Shown one piece after another: positions 13,241-26,800 of a stretch of DNA of 64,000 bases. The stretch lies in assembly GCA_040954595.2 (NCBI GenBank), contig CM082579.2:2245908-2309907 (forward strand), given 5' to 3'. The position numbers and the translations under genes are program-made. Source of the DNA: Balanoglossus misakiensis (lineage: Eukaryota > Animalia > Hemichordata). Under the pieces are notes generated by a model that had not been told where the DNA came from, did not search any database, and saw only the letters and a list, made by a program, of their open reading frames with translations. The number at the start of each line of letters is the position of its first letter. Position 1 is the stretch's first letter.

Positions 13241-15079
13241 AAGCAGCATGTGAAATTCTTCAAGAAAATGGTTGGCATAATGGTAATCAGAGTTTTGAGA
13301 AATTTAATGTACCAACAAAATTCTGTTTCCGTCAGAGTTCTATGCAGAATTGTAAATTGTAGAAGAAGAGAATTCTGTTGAATCATGTAACATATATTAT
13401 TGAAATTTTGTAATGTGTAGTAGTGAAACAAACTTTGTGTAATATTATAACGTGTAGAATTTTTCATCTTTGAAACTTAATTTGACGGAAAATGATAGTT
13501 TTGATTCAGTATTTTTGCAGCCATTTTCTTAGATACATTTCAGTATATTTTTGCAGTTAATTATTGCTAGTTAGGACATTTTAAGGTGCAAACGCTGTAA
13601 TTAGATGTATTTACTCATATCTGTGCCTGCCAAGTTTACTAGCAGAGGTTGGGGGAACGTTTTCAGATCCTTTAAGCTATTTTTGCAATATTTTCTCGTT
13701 ATGGAAACCACCACAAAAACTATTCTCAAATTTGCATATAATCATCAAAAACATACAAGAGTTTTGGCAGTTTTCTGCACTTTATGGGAACACCTTTAGA
13801 CATGCCTCCAACATGTTTTAATATTTAATGGGGTTTTTCACTGCCAGTCACCCTAAGAAAGAGTTTTGACAACTATCTTGTATTTTCTATTCCCCATTCC
13901 CCCACAATATGGTTCAACCTTACCATTGACAACAATGGGATGAAACCACTTTGGAGTGGTGACAGAGTCAAACGGTTTACACTTCATAATAACAGACTTT
14001 TTAAAACCAGGAAAATTTCAAAAATTTACTCTTTTGGGTAATTTTATACATATTGTAAAGAAAGATTTTTTAGGAAACTGCTTGTGAGAAATGTAAGTTC
14101 TCAACCAGAAAATAATTTTTCCCCAGATAACATACCTCTATATAGGGGTTTAGTGCTAAAATCCACAGACAGATGCAAGCAACTCTTGATAATCTTATTC
14201 TCATGATTTATCGCACGAAATAACTGTCTTTGTCCTATTACTAAACCTTTTCTTTCATTTTTAAGCTCTGTAATATCAACTCAGCCTAATAAAGTTATTT
14301 TTTATACGCAAGTGAGTTCTGAGATCTTTTGGGAGGATTCATGATGCTTGCCATAGACAACCATATGGATGCAACTAGACTCAAAAGTAGGCAGTGGAAT
14401 TGATGAGAGAGGTGAAAAGAGGTGGTGGAGTGATCCTTTTGGTCATAAGCAGGTGGAGAGATAAGCCATACTAGTCATTTCTGCCAGCTATTGGTTCTTC
14501 TACACCCCTGGCTATAAGCCCATTCAGGAAAAAAATGCATACTTTTACAGTGAGAACGTGTCACTCAGGATTCAAATGTAAACTTTAATTTCCAACTGAA
14601 TTGCCCTTTAAAAGAATATACACCACAGATATCGCCAGCCTGCAAGAATTTTAACTTATAGTTGTAATTGAGGTTTATATACTGGAATTTGCATAAAGCA
14701 ACAAGCAAGGAGACCAGCATCACATACACTGTCACAAGGTACTGGTGAAAATTGTCAAAAATTCAATGCGTAAATGCAAGCTGGTATTAAATTGCTAAAT
14801 AAGGCAACATCAAAAAATGTTTTTGGTCTGCACATATTGCGTAAAATAAAAGTTATATAAATATTTTTGTCAGAGTTTGACAAAGAAACAATTCATCTGG
14901 ACTAATACTTGAATACTGATTTCTAAATTTACATACAGTCTGGATGATAATTCTAAAATCTTCGGGAAGCAAGGATTCTGTCTCTACACGTCTCTAGTAT
15001 TTCTGGTTAACCAATTACTGTTTATTTCATTAAAATATTGGTTAATTGCTCTGGAACGATGAATACCACTGCTGCGTCA

Positions 15080-15097
15080 CAGCACCCTCTAGTGGTG
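15080..15097 (-). promoter_or_regulatory. CTCF-like motif between convergent ILK and VAMP7
   Basis: Minus strand reads CACCACTAGAGGGTGCTG, close to the CTCF core consensus CCACYAGRKGGCRC. Confidence 0.4.
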
Positions 15098-15620
15098 ATA
15101 TTATACAAACTGTACCAGGTATTGAATAATGCATTGTGGGTCTACATATATTATCCCCCTTGCAACACACATTATGGGAGACACCATTTCAAACGCCTTT
15201 TGCCTCAATAACTCACATAAATTGTTCACAGGTTTGTAGCAAGGTATTTGTATAAATACTGAAGCAAATTAAATCCTAACAGATTGGTGAAATGCAGGCT
15301 GTCAGGCTTGATCAAAATGTTTGGACTAATACAATAGGCCTAGCCCTTTACATATAGCTGTTGACTTCACTTTCAACACAGAGAACTTCATGAAAATCAA
15401 ATATCAACAAAAAAGTTCTTCTGCATTTACACCATCCCCCAAACTGTGAAAGATTACACTTGCTGTGGCAATATCAGGTCTAATAATGTGAGACATCTAA
15501 CAAAGGTAATGAGATAATGGTTCACAGGCAGTGAGATTATTATCAATGCTCACTGTTATTACTTTAAATGTGTTGTGTATTTGTTTTCCTGTCCGGTCAG
15601 GAGTGTGTCCGGCAGCTTTT

Positions 15621-17326
15621 CTACGTACATTTTGGCCAGCTGAGTCCTCCACACGCAGCTGACACTATGAAGTAAATGATCACCTGAAAGACGGATGGTG
15701 AAAAACTTGTCAGTGCTGAAAATACAATAACATTTCTGTGTACCCACGAGCAGGGAGGAGAGTCAAGTTTGAAGAATGATGAGCCCTTCAGTGGCATGTG
15801 AATAATACTTACTATAACTACTATCACCAGTATGATAGTAATCTTGGCATTCTTTATACACATGGACCTGGCCAGGTTTCTACTTGTCTTTTTGAATGTT
15901 ATGCTCTGAAAACAAAGGAAAGACAAAATGTAAACTGAATGAATGGTCGCTTGAGGAACATATTTTGAAGCTACTGAACAGTTATCAAATATACCGGTAC
16001 TACCAAATATAGTGTACCACTCCACAGACACAATGCATCCTAAACGTATGTAAAGTGGTGGTGTCTATTGAATAAAAATGCTCACATTTGCTTCTAGATC
16101 TTCAGTCTTGTTGACAAGCAGTTCAAGTCTTTCTCCCCTTGCTGCTATTGTATCTGTGTGAATAAATGTAATATACATGGAATTGGTTGAGCAGCTATGA
16201 AATGTAAAAACTTAGCAGATACCCAGTCATTTAAGTAGCAGCAATGATTTCAATATCTACATTCATGTCTTCTTGGCCAGACAATATGTGAAGAAGTCAT
16301 AAAAGTACTTGCCACTCACCAATATTTTTCACCATGATTCCTTTCAATTCATCTATTTCACCTTGGACTTTGGAAACATTATCTACATTTGAACTCTCTG
16401 AAAAGTGCTTCTGCAGAGGATAAAAAGAACATGTCGTCAATGACTGGGGTAGCTGTTGAATAAAAAGTGTCATCTTGGGCCATAGCAGTGATGCTGGCAA
16501 AAGATGTTTTAACTGTAGTGTGGGGTACACAGCAAGTACATTGACATTCCTCTATTGGCATACATTGTGTTAATAAGCTTTACGTATAGATGGTCTATGT
16601 ACCATTTCTGTGCATGCAGACCCAGTATGAACACTTACCATCTGTGTCTGCAACTCTCTGGAAAATTCACTGTTCATCGCATACGGCAATGCAGTCTGTG
16701 CCCTGGTTCCATACATCGTGATGAACCTGTCATTTGCAGGAGACAATGGACAAATTGCTGAATGACCAAACAGTGCTGATGAAATGGTACAATGTCTGAT
16801 GCTCACACATCCTGGGCAGAGCATGTAGTTGAAATCATGGATTTGTATTTTGATATTTTGCACACTTACCTCCTTTTAATTTCTTGCAGGCATAGAAAAG
16901 CTCTTGACCTTTCAAAGTCCTGGAAAAAAATCATGCAAAATGAGCCATCAACTGTGAACACCCTTACAATATAAATTTAACCTTGGTTTGTATTCTGCTG
17001 GTACAGAAATCCTGCCTTCAGATGTTTCTCTCTATCCATGGAGCTACCACACTGCTCTAGCCATCACAATTCACAATCATTTCTTATTTATCTGCTCAGA
17101 AAATGACATATTTTCTACTTACATCATCTGTTATACAGAGGTAGACAATTCTATCTTCTGAGACATAGTGGAACAGGTAATGTCCATGAGTGTATGTCAA
17201 CTTTGCATTTTCCGGAGGCACTTTCATCAGAATCTGCTCTGTGACTTCATTGAAGTTGCCCTGGCAACTGGCATACTTTGCCAGGATGGTTGTCCCCCTG
17301 GCAACCACGGTAAACAGGATAGGCAT
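15621..17326 (-). CDS. VAMP7: Vesicle-associated membrane protein 7 (longin R-SNARE)
   Basis: Seven coding exons. MPILFTVVARGTTILAKYASCQGNF longin start, TALPYAMNSEFS, SNARE segment KVQGEIDELKGIMVKNID..AARGERLELL, C-terminal TM and CGGLSWPKC. Confidence 0.97.
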
Positions 17327-17839
17327 GCTGCGTTATGTCTAAGACTACCAAAGAAAGATGGAACAATTGTCGGTTTAGAATGTGACCTCTCTGCAAACAA
17401 TTGCATTGAGACAAAATTAATATTCTAACTGCCCCAAAGAAAGGGTAGATGTCAGACATTTATAGCTGTTTGAACAATGATGGTTATGCGTGACCTGTGA
17501 CCTTCCCTGGTGTTATCAGAAGGTCACACCAGGGTTACGAGAGACATTTAACTGTTAAAATTACAATGATGTATATATTTGATATTCTTGCTACACATAG
17601 AAAAGGGAAAGTCCTGTACATAACGTATATGTATACATGTACATGTACTGTACTTTGGTCCATAGACGATAGGGCTGATACACAGGCGGGTACGTGATCA
17701 GATTTGCTTTGCTGCTCACTTCCTTTACGCACGGAAGTTGACCAAAGCTTTCTGTAACATGTCATAGTTTGGCACAGTTGTCTCTCTAGAATTAATACAT
17801 TAAAGGTAATTACGTCATGCCACAAAACACACCTCGTAC

Positions 17840-17934
17840 CTACCTCTCCAACTATAACTCTTCCTGTACTGTTTTCATGACGTCACTGTCACATGCCGGA
17901 ACTCCCTAGGTATCTGTTTTTAATTAGTTCCAAA
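17840..17934. promoter_or_regulatory. Bidirectional promoter VAMP7/POLR1D
   Basis: Full CRE TGACGTCA at 17878-17885, ETS-like CTTCCTG and CCGGAA, YY1-like AAAATGGCC over the POLR1D ATG; candidate minus-strand donor for a VAMP7 non-coding exon at about 17843. Confidence 0.55.
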
Positions 17935-18141
17935 ATGGCCGATGCGGAAGTGCAGCAGAAGAGAAAACTCGAAGTTGTAAGTATATGTATTTGTATTGTC
18001 ATTCTGATCAGATGGCCTTGTTTTGTGGAGTCAAGGGAGGTGGTAGGGCCCAAGGCTAGTGATGATGATGATGATGATGATGATATGTGTGGGTGGGGGT
18101 AAATGTGTGTGTGTCACTGTGTGTGGATTGGGGTGGGGTGT

Positions 18142-18198
<57 letters not shown>

Positions 18199-18982
18199 GT
18201 TTGTACATATGTTTGATTTTTGTGCACAGGTTCAGACTGAAGTTGAAGACGAAACATGTGCCACCTTTATTATGCATGATGAAGACCACACACTGGGAAA
18301 TTCACTGAGATATATGATCATGAAAAAGTAACAATGTTTTCCTGACATATTATCAATACTTGTACATGATCTTAGATTCACTGTTTAATATTTTCAATCT
18401 CTCTTTAAATCAGCTACCATCGGACAAAACATTTCGGAAATGAATTCTTCAATCATGGAAATTTTGCAATTTTGTTAATCCCATTTGATATATGTGTCTC
18501 TACTGTAAATAGTACTTTTATGGTGTGTTTTTATTCTGTTGTATTTTGCAGCCCTAGTGTTCAGTTCTGTGGGTACAGTATTCCCCATCCAACAGAAAAT
18601 AAAATCAATTTTAGGATACAGACAACAGGACCTCCGGCAACAGAAGTTTTAAGAAAAGGTCTGACTGAGCTTACAACATTATCAGAACATGTACTGAAAA
18701 CATTTGAGGTAACATTAACAATAATAGTAGTAACTAGAAATTCATCAATTCGAGACATGAATGCTAGTAGTTTTTTGATGGTTAAGCGTTGACTAACTTG
18801 TGTATCTGTCAGTTACTTTATGACCAAATCAGTTGTGTTTGAATAATGTCCATATTGTCAACCATGGTGACCCCAAAACATATTTGACCGTGACATTTCT
18901 GTCTTTTTTTTCATAGAATGCTGTAACAGAATACAAGTCCAGTACAGAACAAAACAGAGATAACGAGATGGACCAGACATAA
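17935..18982 (+). CDS. POLR1D: RNA polymerase I/III subunit RPAC2 (AC19)
   Basis: Four exons approx. 17935-17976, 18230-18327, 18552-18708, 18917-18982. [17 protein letters not shown] and [20 protein letters not shown] are diagnostic. Confidence 0.96.
18061..18195. repeat. Two (GAT)n microsatellites in POLR1D intron 1
   Basis: (GAT)n runs at about 18061-18084 and 18143-18195 separated by GT-rich sequence. Confidence 0.95.
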
Positions 18983-19981
18983 CGTTATTTATTTTTGTCC
19001 CTGTAATTTATACTTCATCAAAAAAATAAAGATTCTAGTCCTTGACTGGGGTACTTTCACTGCCAATAATTGTCATGTTGTCTTTTATGTACACTGTGTT
19101 GTCTTACAAAAGAAACGTTTTTTTTTTTGTGCTGTGTTATTTTTCACCCTCTTTAATTAAGTTTTTGTCATTCCGTCGCTAGAGGGTGTACATCGCGCAT
19201 CGGAAAATCTTATTCGAGTCAGTTAAGGGGTCTAAAACTGTCACATGATCGAAACTGCCATGTTGGATGCCCAGGAATAGGAAGTGAATGACTTGAATGA
19301 AACGTTACACAGACACACTGGTTACGACGAGAACGCCGATACCTGAGCTCTTATGAGGTGGTAGGTAGGAGAGTTGGTTAATTTTGGTGACATACAGGTG
19401 CCCCATCAAATTGCAGTATTTGTCGCAAGGCGGTTTATTCACAGAGACAAGCACACCTGTAGTGTAGGCTGTACAGATGCGTTTGAAATGACAATTGACA
19501 TGTAAAACCACTCTCTCCTAGTCCTGTCGTTCTCGTTGGCATTCGCCTTTGCCACATTAATGTCGGTGGCTGAAGTCTTACGGTTCTTAATTAATGCCAC
19601 CAGGAAGATGTTACTGTGAGAATGTAAAATAAAGTTAAAGAGAGGTTCCCCCGTCTGTCTTAGTGACTGTAAGTGGACTGGTATTAGTGGCAACACCCAC
19701 TCAACTCATGGTGAGGTCATAGGTGAACACTTTGATCCAACCGAAATGGGAATTGTAACCACATGATGGCATTGAGTAGGGAGTTGTTTACCAAAATTGT
19801 GTAATGTGTGCATACTAATAATTCTGCCCATCACTATGTAAATGTTAATGTTTGTCTTTTTAAATATCTTAGAGTAACCATGGTATCTAGAGGTATGGAG
19901 TAGACACTACAAAGAGAAGTACCATCACACAGCCAACAACTTCCTCTTGTGAAATGCACCAGTAGAGAAAGAACAGTCAAC

Positions 19982-20602
19982 ATGGCTGGAAAAGCCACAC
20001 TTTTGAAAGTGGTTATCCTTGGAGATGGAGGAGTCGGAAAGAGTTCCCTCATGAACAGGTTCATATCAAACAAATTTGACAGCCAGTCATTCCACACTAT
20101 TGGTGTGGAATTTCTTAACAAGGAGATTGTGGTAGATGGGAGTGGTTACACTCTGCAGATATGGGACACAGCCGGTCAGGAAAGATTCAAAAGTCTCCGA
20201 ACACCGTTCTACCGGGGATCCGACTGTTGCCTTCTTACGTTTGGTGTTGACGACATGATGAGTTTCCACAATCTCAACATGTGGAAGAAGGAGTTTTTGT
20301 ACTACGCTGACGTGAGGGACTCTGAAAGTTTCCCATTTGTCATCATCGGAAACAAGGTGGACGTGCCGTCTGAAGATCGCGAGGTGACCACGGAGGAAGC
20401 AGAGATCTGGTGCGAGAGTAATGGAGGTGTGCCCTACTATGAAACCAGCGCCAAAGACTCCATCAATGTCGATGAGGCTTTCACGGCAGTTGTCAGGCAA
20501 CTTCATAGGCTGGAAGAGAGGCAAGACTTCAGATCAGGGCAGTATTCAGACACTGTCCAGTTGGGTAAACAGAGAACTCAGAGAGATAACTGCCCATGTT
20601 AG
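19982..20602 (+). CDS. RAB9: Ras-related protein Rab-9, single coding exon
   Basis: GDGGVGKSSLM, HTIGVEFLNK, WDTAGQERFKSLRTPFYRGSDCCLL, WKKEFLYYAD, NKVD, ETSAK and C-terminal CPC prenylation motif. Confidence 0.97.
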   Translation: MAGKATLLKVVILGDGGVGKSSLMNRFISNKFDSQSFHTIGVEFLNKEIVVDGSGYTLQIWDTAGQERFKSLRTPFYRGSDCCLLTFGVDDMMSFHNLNMWKKEFLYYADVRDSESFPFVIIGNKVDVPSEDREVTTEEAEIWCESNGGVPYYETSAKDSINVDEAFTAVVRQLHRLEERQDFRSGQYSDTVQLGKQRTQRDNCPC

Positions 20603-23600
20603 CGCTACAGGGTGAAAAAATGTAAAGAAATGGAGACTGGATTTGGGGACAAGTGCATTACATTTCACTTTTTAATGTCTGAGAGTACGGAGACATGAAA
20701 AAGAGATGCTTTGCATACAGCAAGCTTTTGTGTAGCATAATCTTAATTCAACATAGTTGCATAGATCATTGCATGTTATTTCTATCTTTCACATCCATTT
20801 CATGTAACATGACCTGCCCCCATTATGGTCAATACTAGTCTCAGTTGAATGAACAGTTGAATGAACTTTGAAATGTTTTCTTGACACAATGCCGAGTATC
20901 AATTGCAGTGTATAATATGCTGTCAAAAGATCATCATATGGTGTTCCAGAATCTCAGGAAAAAAATTGAAATTAATGCTCAGTGCTGTATCTTACTTTGC
21001 AATTTTGGTTAAAAATATGGAAGTAGATGCAGCAACTGGGGCTTTTAATTTTTAATACCGGGTGAAGAGTCATCCTATTTTCACATCCTGAATTTAAAGT
21101 GTTTACTTTGATTTTGAACGTTTTAAATAACTGCTTGAAAACCATTATGTATCCAGTGTATACCAGAAGCTCGTCCTTGTGACCTATGATGTCATGCTGA
21201 CATTTCTTTTCGAGTAAGGTTCAATGGGTTAGAGGCTCAATTTTTTATTAAGCATCAAAGTATTTACATGGTTAATACTAGTTCTTTCAATAGTCATACT
21301 TGACCAAGGTGTTTTCTAAGCCAATAGAATATACTAATGAAGCAACAAACTCGCTAGTGACACTTGTGTTTATGTATGTGTATATATATATAGGTATAGG
21401 GCTGGCGCAAAGAGATTTCTATGAATTCTGTCATTGAATCAAAGCTTTTTAATAATCATAACCGTACATGCTCTGGACTACTCATACAAGTAAACACATA
21501 AACCCATTCCAAGTCTTTTTGAGTACAGCACACCAAATTTAGCATTAAGTTTTTAAAGTTTCATTATATATATAACGGAACTGTAATTTTTGTACTTGAC
21601 CTGGTATCTAGATGTACAAGTACTCTTCTTTTTCTTGGCATTTATATTGGGTTTACTAGTATTGTTTCATTGAATGATCTCCCGTTGGTTATCTTTGCTC
21701 AACAGTGCCTGTACAAAATGTCATGTTCAATAAAGTTTCACCACAGCCTGTAAAAAAATGTGTGTGACTCCATGGCATGATTATGACACCTTGTAGAGAC
21801 AGACAGATTTTTGTCATGAAAGATATGTGTTTTGAAAGGCGTATTATTAAACCTGAATTGCCCAGAATGCACTTGCATGAAGACTGCTGCCCTCTACAGT
21901 TCACCTTCAATCGAACCATCAGTGTTATTTTGATCTTTTGCTTACGTCAAGAGGGAGTGACCCATTGGGTTGCCTTGACACTCTTTTTCTGAGGGACAAG
22001 TCCTTGCAATGCATGTCTGTACGTGAGTAGTTGGAATCCCAGCATGCACTGCACAGCGACCTTGGATTGTACACAAATAGACCAAAAATAGCAAAAGTGT
22101 ACGCACTTTGTCAAGAGGGATTCATGCCATGTTTGAAGTCCTTGAACATATTGATCGTTGTCAGGGTTACAGGAAGAGATCCAAATGGAGGCAGATACAT
22201 CTTTTCACATTAATTGTCATCATGAGTCCATAATGTGACTGAATTATTATTGAAAGAAATTTAAGCTCTTCTCAAGTGATATGACCAGAGATTGAACCCA
22301 CTGCCTCTCAAGTTTTCTTCTTATGTAGTGTTCCAAAAGTTCAAGGTCTCAGCATTGATCATGTGAGTTGTGATCATAACATTTACTGAAGAACGACACG
22401 GATAATTCCTGATTGCTTTGGATCTATAATATATACTTATTGTAATGAATTCAAGGATGGATTTAATGATCAACTTGCAAGCTTGGTCAGTCATCAAGAA
22501 CTCTGTATGCAAACCACTCAGGGAGAGTCCTTGGCATGAAATAAATTGATAAATAAAACAAGGCTATGTATGAGGTGAGCTCATAGAATCCTTTTGTGTT
22601 TATCTCATTTACTGCCCCTGTTGGCAGGTTTCCGACCATGTACTGACCATGGTCTCCCTCCACAGCTGAGGTTGACAGTGCATGGAATGACCATGCACTG
22701 TCATGGAATGGCCATGCACTGGATAAAGACGCATGCAGGTGTGTGAATTCCCCAAGGATAATCTCTGACATTTACTGTTCGGCATAATTTACACAAATTA
22801 ATCATGTTCAGTCATTTGGCAAGGACAAGGACATATCCATCTTTTTCCACTCCCATCTATTTCCTTTCTCCTTTCATTTATTACTCCTCAAACACATCTG
22901 GCCAACTATACATTTTATGAAATCAACTCACAACAGAAACAAAGATTTAACCCGAGAGAACACACCAATGCAGGTAATCTGAGTAAACACTCATTTATTT
23001 CTTTAAAAACAATTTTTAACATACAACAGTCAAGAACAATTTTATAAATTATGTTTATCAACATGAACTATCAAAAAATATAATTTTCAAGCAGATAACA
23101 AAAAGTGAGCTCCTGAATAAAAATCAGCTGCACTTCTTTAAGACTTATTAGCTTATCATAAAGATATAAAGCTGAATAATGAAGTCAATGTTGGACTGAG
23201 AGAATTTGTCAAGCAGTTGAATATTTGCATTGGATTTCAATCGTCAAGCAGTTTAACAAACGGCAGTGAATTCTGTAATTTTTAAAGTTAAAACCTTCAT
23301 TTTGCCCTTTTTATCTGATTCTGGAACACAAAATACATGAATAAGCTTATTTGAGTTCAGGTCAAGCCTATGTCCTTGCTCATCTCCATGAACCATACTA
23401 TCAAGGTTTGTTAAACATTGTTGACTTGCAACAAACACAGGATACCTGGTGAAATTGTCTTAAAACAGTGTACGTGCTGATTTTGCTTTGATGTCAATTA
23501 CAACTAATGGCTTCTGTATTCTGTGCCAAGAAAAATTACCCGGCCCACCTTTTCATTGTGATTCTTAAGGCCACACCTATGTGCAGTCCAACGGTCCCTC

Positions 23601-23862
23601 TTTGCTAGTTTTATGGGTTGTTTTCCTCAAAATCGCAAGCTAAACAAAGACCTATACAGTGGAGGGTCTATTTCTGGAACATCAACAAGAAAAACTCCAA
23701 ACAGTTGTGTCCACCCCTTGTCAGTCAAATACTAGATGATTAGATCCAAAAAGGTCAATACATTATTCTGTCACGTGTGGTTCTGAACTTACAATGAACT
23801 TCAATCAAAACACTTTGTATGTAAGGTACACGTACATGGAAGTGTGCATGTACAGAAACATT

Positions 23863-26800
23863 TCAGAGATCAGGTAATAACACAGCTTTGGCCGACTGCA
23901 AAATATCCACATTGGGGTCCAGAGATCTACCAAGTCCTTCCAGTACCATAATAGCCAAAACCATCGAGGCAAAGTTACTCTCCAGTTTTATCTGTTAGGG
24001 AAAATAAATGAATACAAAGCTTATACTGTATGTTAATCACCTAGGGGATTTGTGTAACCAGTTCAGTCTTTTGCACCCAATGATCATGGACTTGGCATGG
24101 TTTTTTGAAGCACCTAGGGTTACCTACCTTGTGGTTTATCAACACTGCAAAGACATTCCGCAACAATAAGCCAACTTGAATCTGTAGTGAAGAAATTGCA
24201 TCAAATCTCAGCCATAATGAAGCAATGGTTATAGGACAATGTATCACCCAAGAACGAGAACAAGAATTTCAATTTCTGTGACCACACAAATTTACAGTCC
24301 AGGTATCTGCATACCGTAAATTCTTTATTTTCTGAACACACCACTCATATCTAGACCACATTCTCCACACAAACCACAACTCAATACTATTCTGAATAAC
24401 TTATGGATTCCCTGGTTGACAGAGATAACGGATCGATACCAGCCCCAATCCATACTAAAATCCCAGTCTTCCACCACGCTCCAGAATATTGCACGGACAG
24501 ATGGACGTGTGCATCAACACTGTCAACTTCAAGGATGGATGGACTGCTTGATGAGCATGGGAGTAAACACATTAAACAGTCCAGCCACCCTAAAGTCAAC
24601 AGTTTGGACAAATCTCCCCAGTACTTCAGTCTTCCTGTCATATATGATCAGCGCTGAACAGCTATTCCATGATCTTGTGTTATTTAAATACAAATTATGC
24701 CAGAAGGGATCAGGGTGCTTCAACTATGCACATTGTCATGCTACTTTTTTATGTTTAAATGACAGGTTCTGGTGTATGCATGTGTTATTGATGGAAGTGC
24801 AAGACCACAAAGAACAATATGCTGGATTTTAGCCACAGGGTATAACAGTTAGTACTTGTTGATGCTTTTATATCTGCACATGCAAATAGTAACATCAATT
24901 AACTATGTCTGCATATGACACAGAATCTTTTAATTTAATCAGGAGACACTTCCAAATAAGTTTTAAGAACCATGTAGCAAACAATCATTCATTCATGCAT
25001 TCATATATAGATAGACAGACAGACAGACATATAGTAAATGGATGGATGGATAGATACACAGACATACAGACAAACAGTTTAACAACATGTCTGGATACTG
25101 AAGGGTTGACGGTATCATCACACCTTTCCAAGATTCAAAGAATCTTTGGTAGCTTGTGTAACCAGCAATGCCATGTCTTTTTTGAACTGTTCTTCATCTT
25201 CACATTCTTGGGTCTTGGTGTGGTGAAGAAACAATTCTGCTACTTTCTCTCCCTACGAATCAAGATAATAAGCGCAAATGAAACATTGATGTGTAAAAGA
25301 GTAAAGAATGTTTCCCATTATGATAGTAAATGTGAAATGATTGAATATGGAAGTTTTTTTGTGATAAAAGATATAACTTATATTTCAATGAAAATATGAT
25401 CATAAGAAAATTTTAAAATATACAGCCTTTTGTGAGTACGGGAAACTGACTAGGAATACTTCTCTTGAAAAAGACGTGTTTTCATGTTGTACTGGATCCT
25501 CTGATTTCTATGAAAACAGAGACATACTCTGCTATGCCTTGAGACATGTGGTGTTAACATGTAACCATAGCCTGTCAACATCTTGAAATAAACACAGTCT
25601 GACATAACATGCATATTAAAGCAGAGTATATCATACGTACATCGCCTAACGCCACAGCAGTAAAGACGTCTCTAAAGCTCTCCATGTCAGCTGGCTCTAA
25701 CTCTGCTGTGATGCCTGTGTCTAGGAATATCAGCTTGACGGGACATTCTACAGGTTTGACGTTGATGACGACCGTGTCACAGATATCGACTAATGTTAGC
25801 TTTGACTGCTCCTCCGGATTGAAGTCACAGGAGCCTTGTACTAATATGTTGCCAGGGTGAAGGTCAGCATGAACAAAGTTGTCAACAAACACCTGTAAAA
25901 AGTAAAACAGTGCGATGCAAAAACAATATACACAATGAAAGTCATGACTGCCTAACCCCCAAAATCATATACATGTATTTGGTATCATGGCATTTTTCAC
26001 AAAGTCCAGTTACAGAAATACTGTTCTTTCTTTCTCTTACCATTTTCAACAGCGCATCAATTCCTAAACTGGCTAGTTTAACTCTGAGTTCATCAGAACT
26101 GTCATCACCTTCCTCAAGATACTTGGATATAGAAACACCCTCCTGGAAAATAATGTAGAAAACAGTTTCCATGAACACCTCATCTTTTGATTTTTTAATT
26201 CACTCTTGATGTTATCTGTGTTCTTCTGCTTATAGGCAAAGGTGAGCCTGATATAACCATTCCATCATCGATACCAATAAATAAAATTCAACATTGTATA
26301 AATAATTTCAAGTGCCCAAAATCTGACACCAGAATTGTTTATCAGGCAGCAGACATTTAACCCTCTCATACTGTGTTGTCATGATTCTGAAATCTAACAC
26401 CGTACCTTGTTGGTAATATGCCAATAAAACATGACACATCTGAACATCACACCACTAAAAGCATAGTTTGATATCAATGTAAGAGAGAAAAGCATTTGAT
26501 CTGTGCTTTAGCACCACTGTGTCTGATGTAACATTGTTAATGGTCTGTCACAGACTGCTGAAAATCTGATTTCTTTGGATGACAACTGACAAACCAGAGT
26601 ACAGTTGCATCGACCTTCATAAGGTCACTTAAATCAGACACCACCACAGCACTGTGTCTCATTAAATAATGTATATTCATCCGGTGTTAAATTACCGTGT
26701 TTGGAGATTTATTCAAAATAAAAATTGATTGTCTGCGTTTCTGATCAATTGCCTCTGAATCTCAGAGTGGGACAACATCCTTTAAGAGTGTGGCAAGCGT

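Noticed and set aside
18056-18331. Poly-M, poly-D, poly-I and poly-H ORFs
   Set aside because: Translations of intronic (GAT)n microsatellites.
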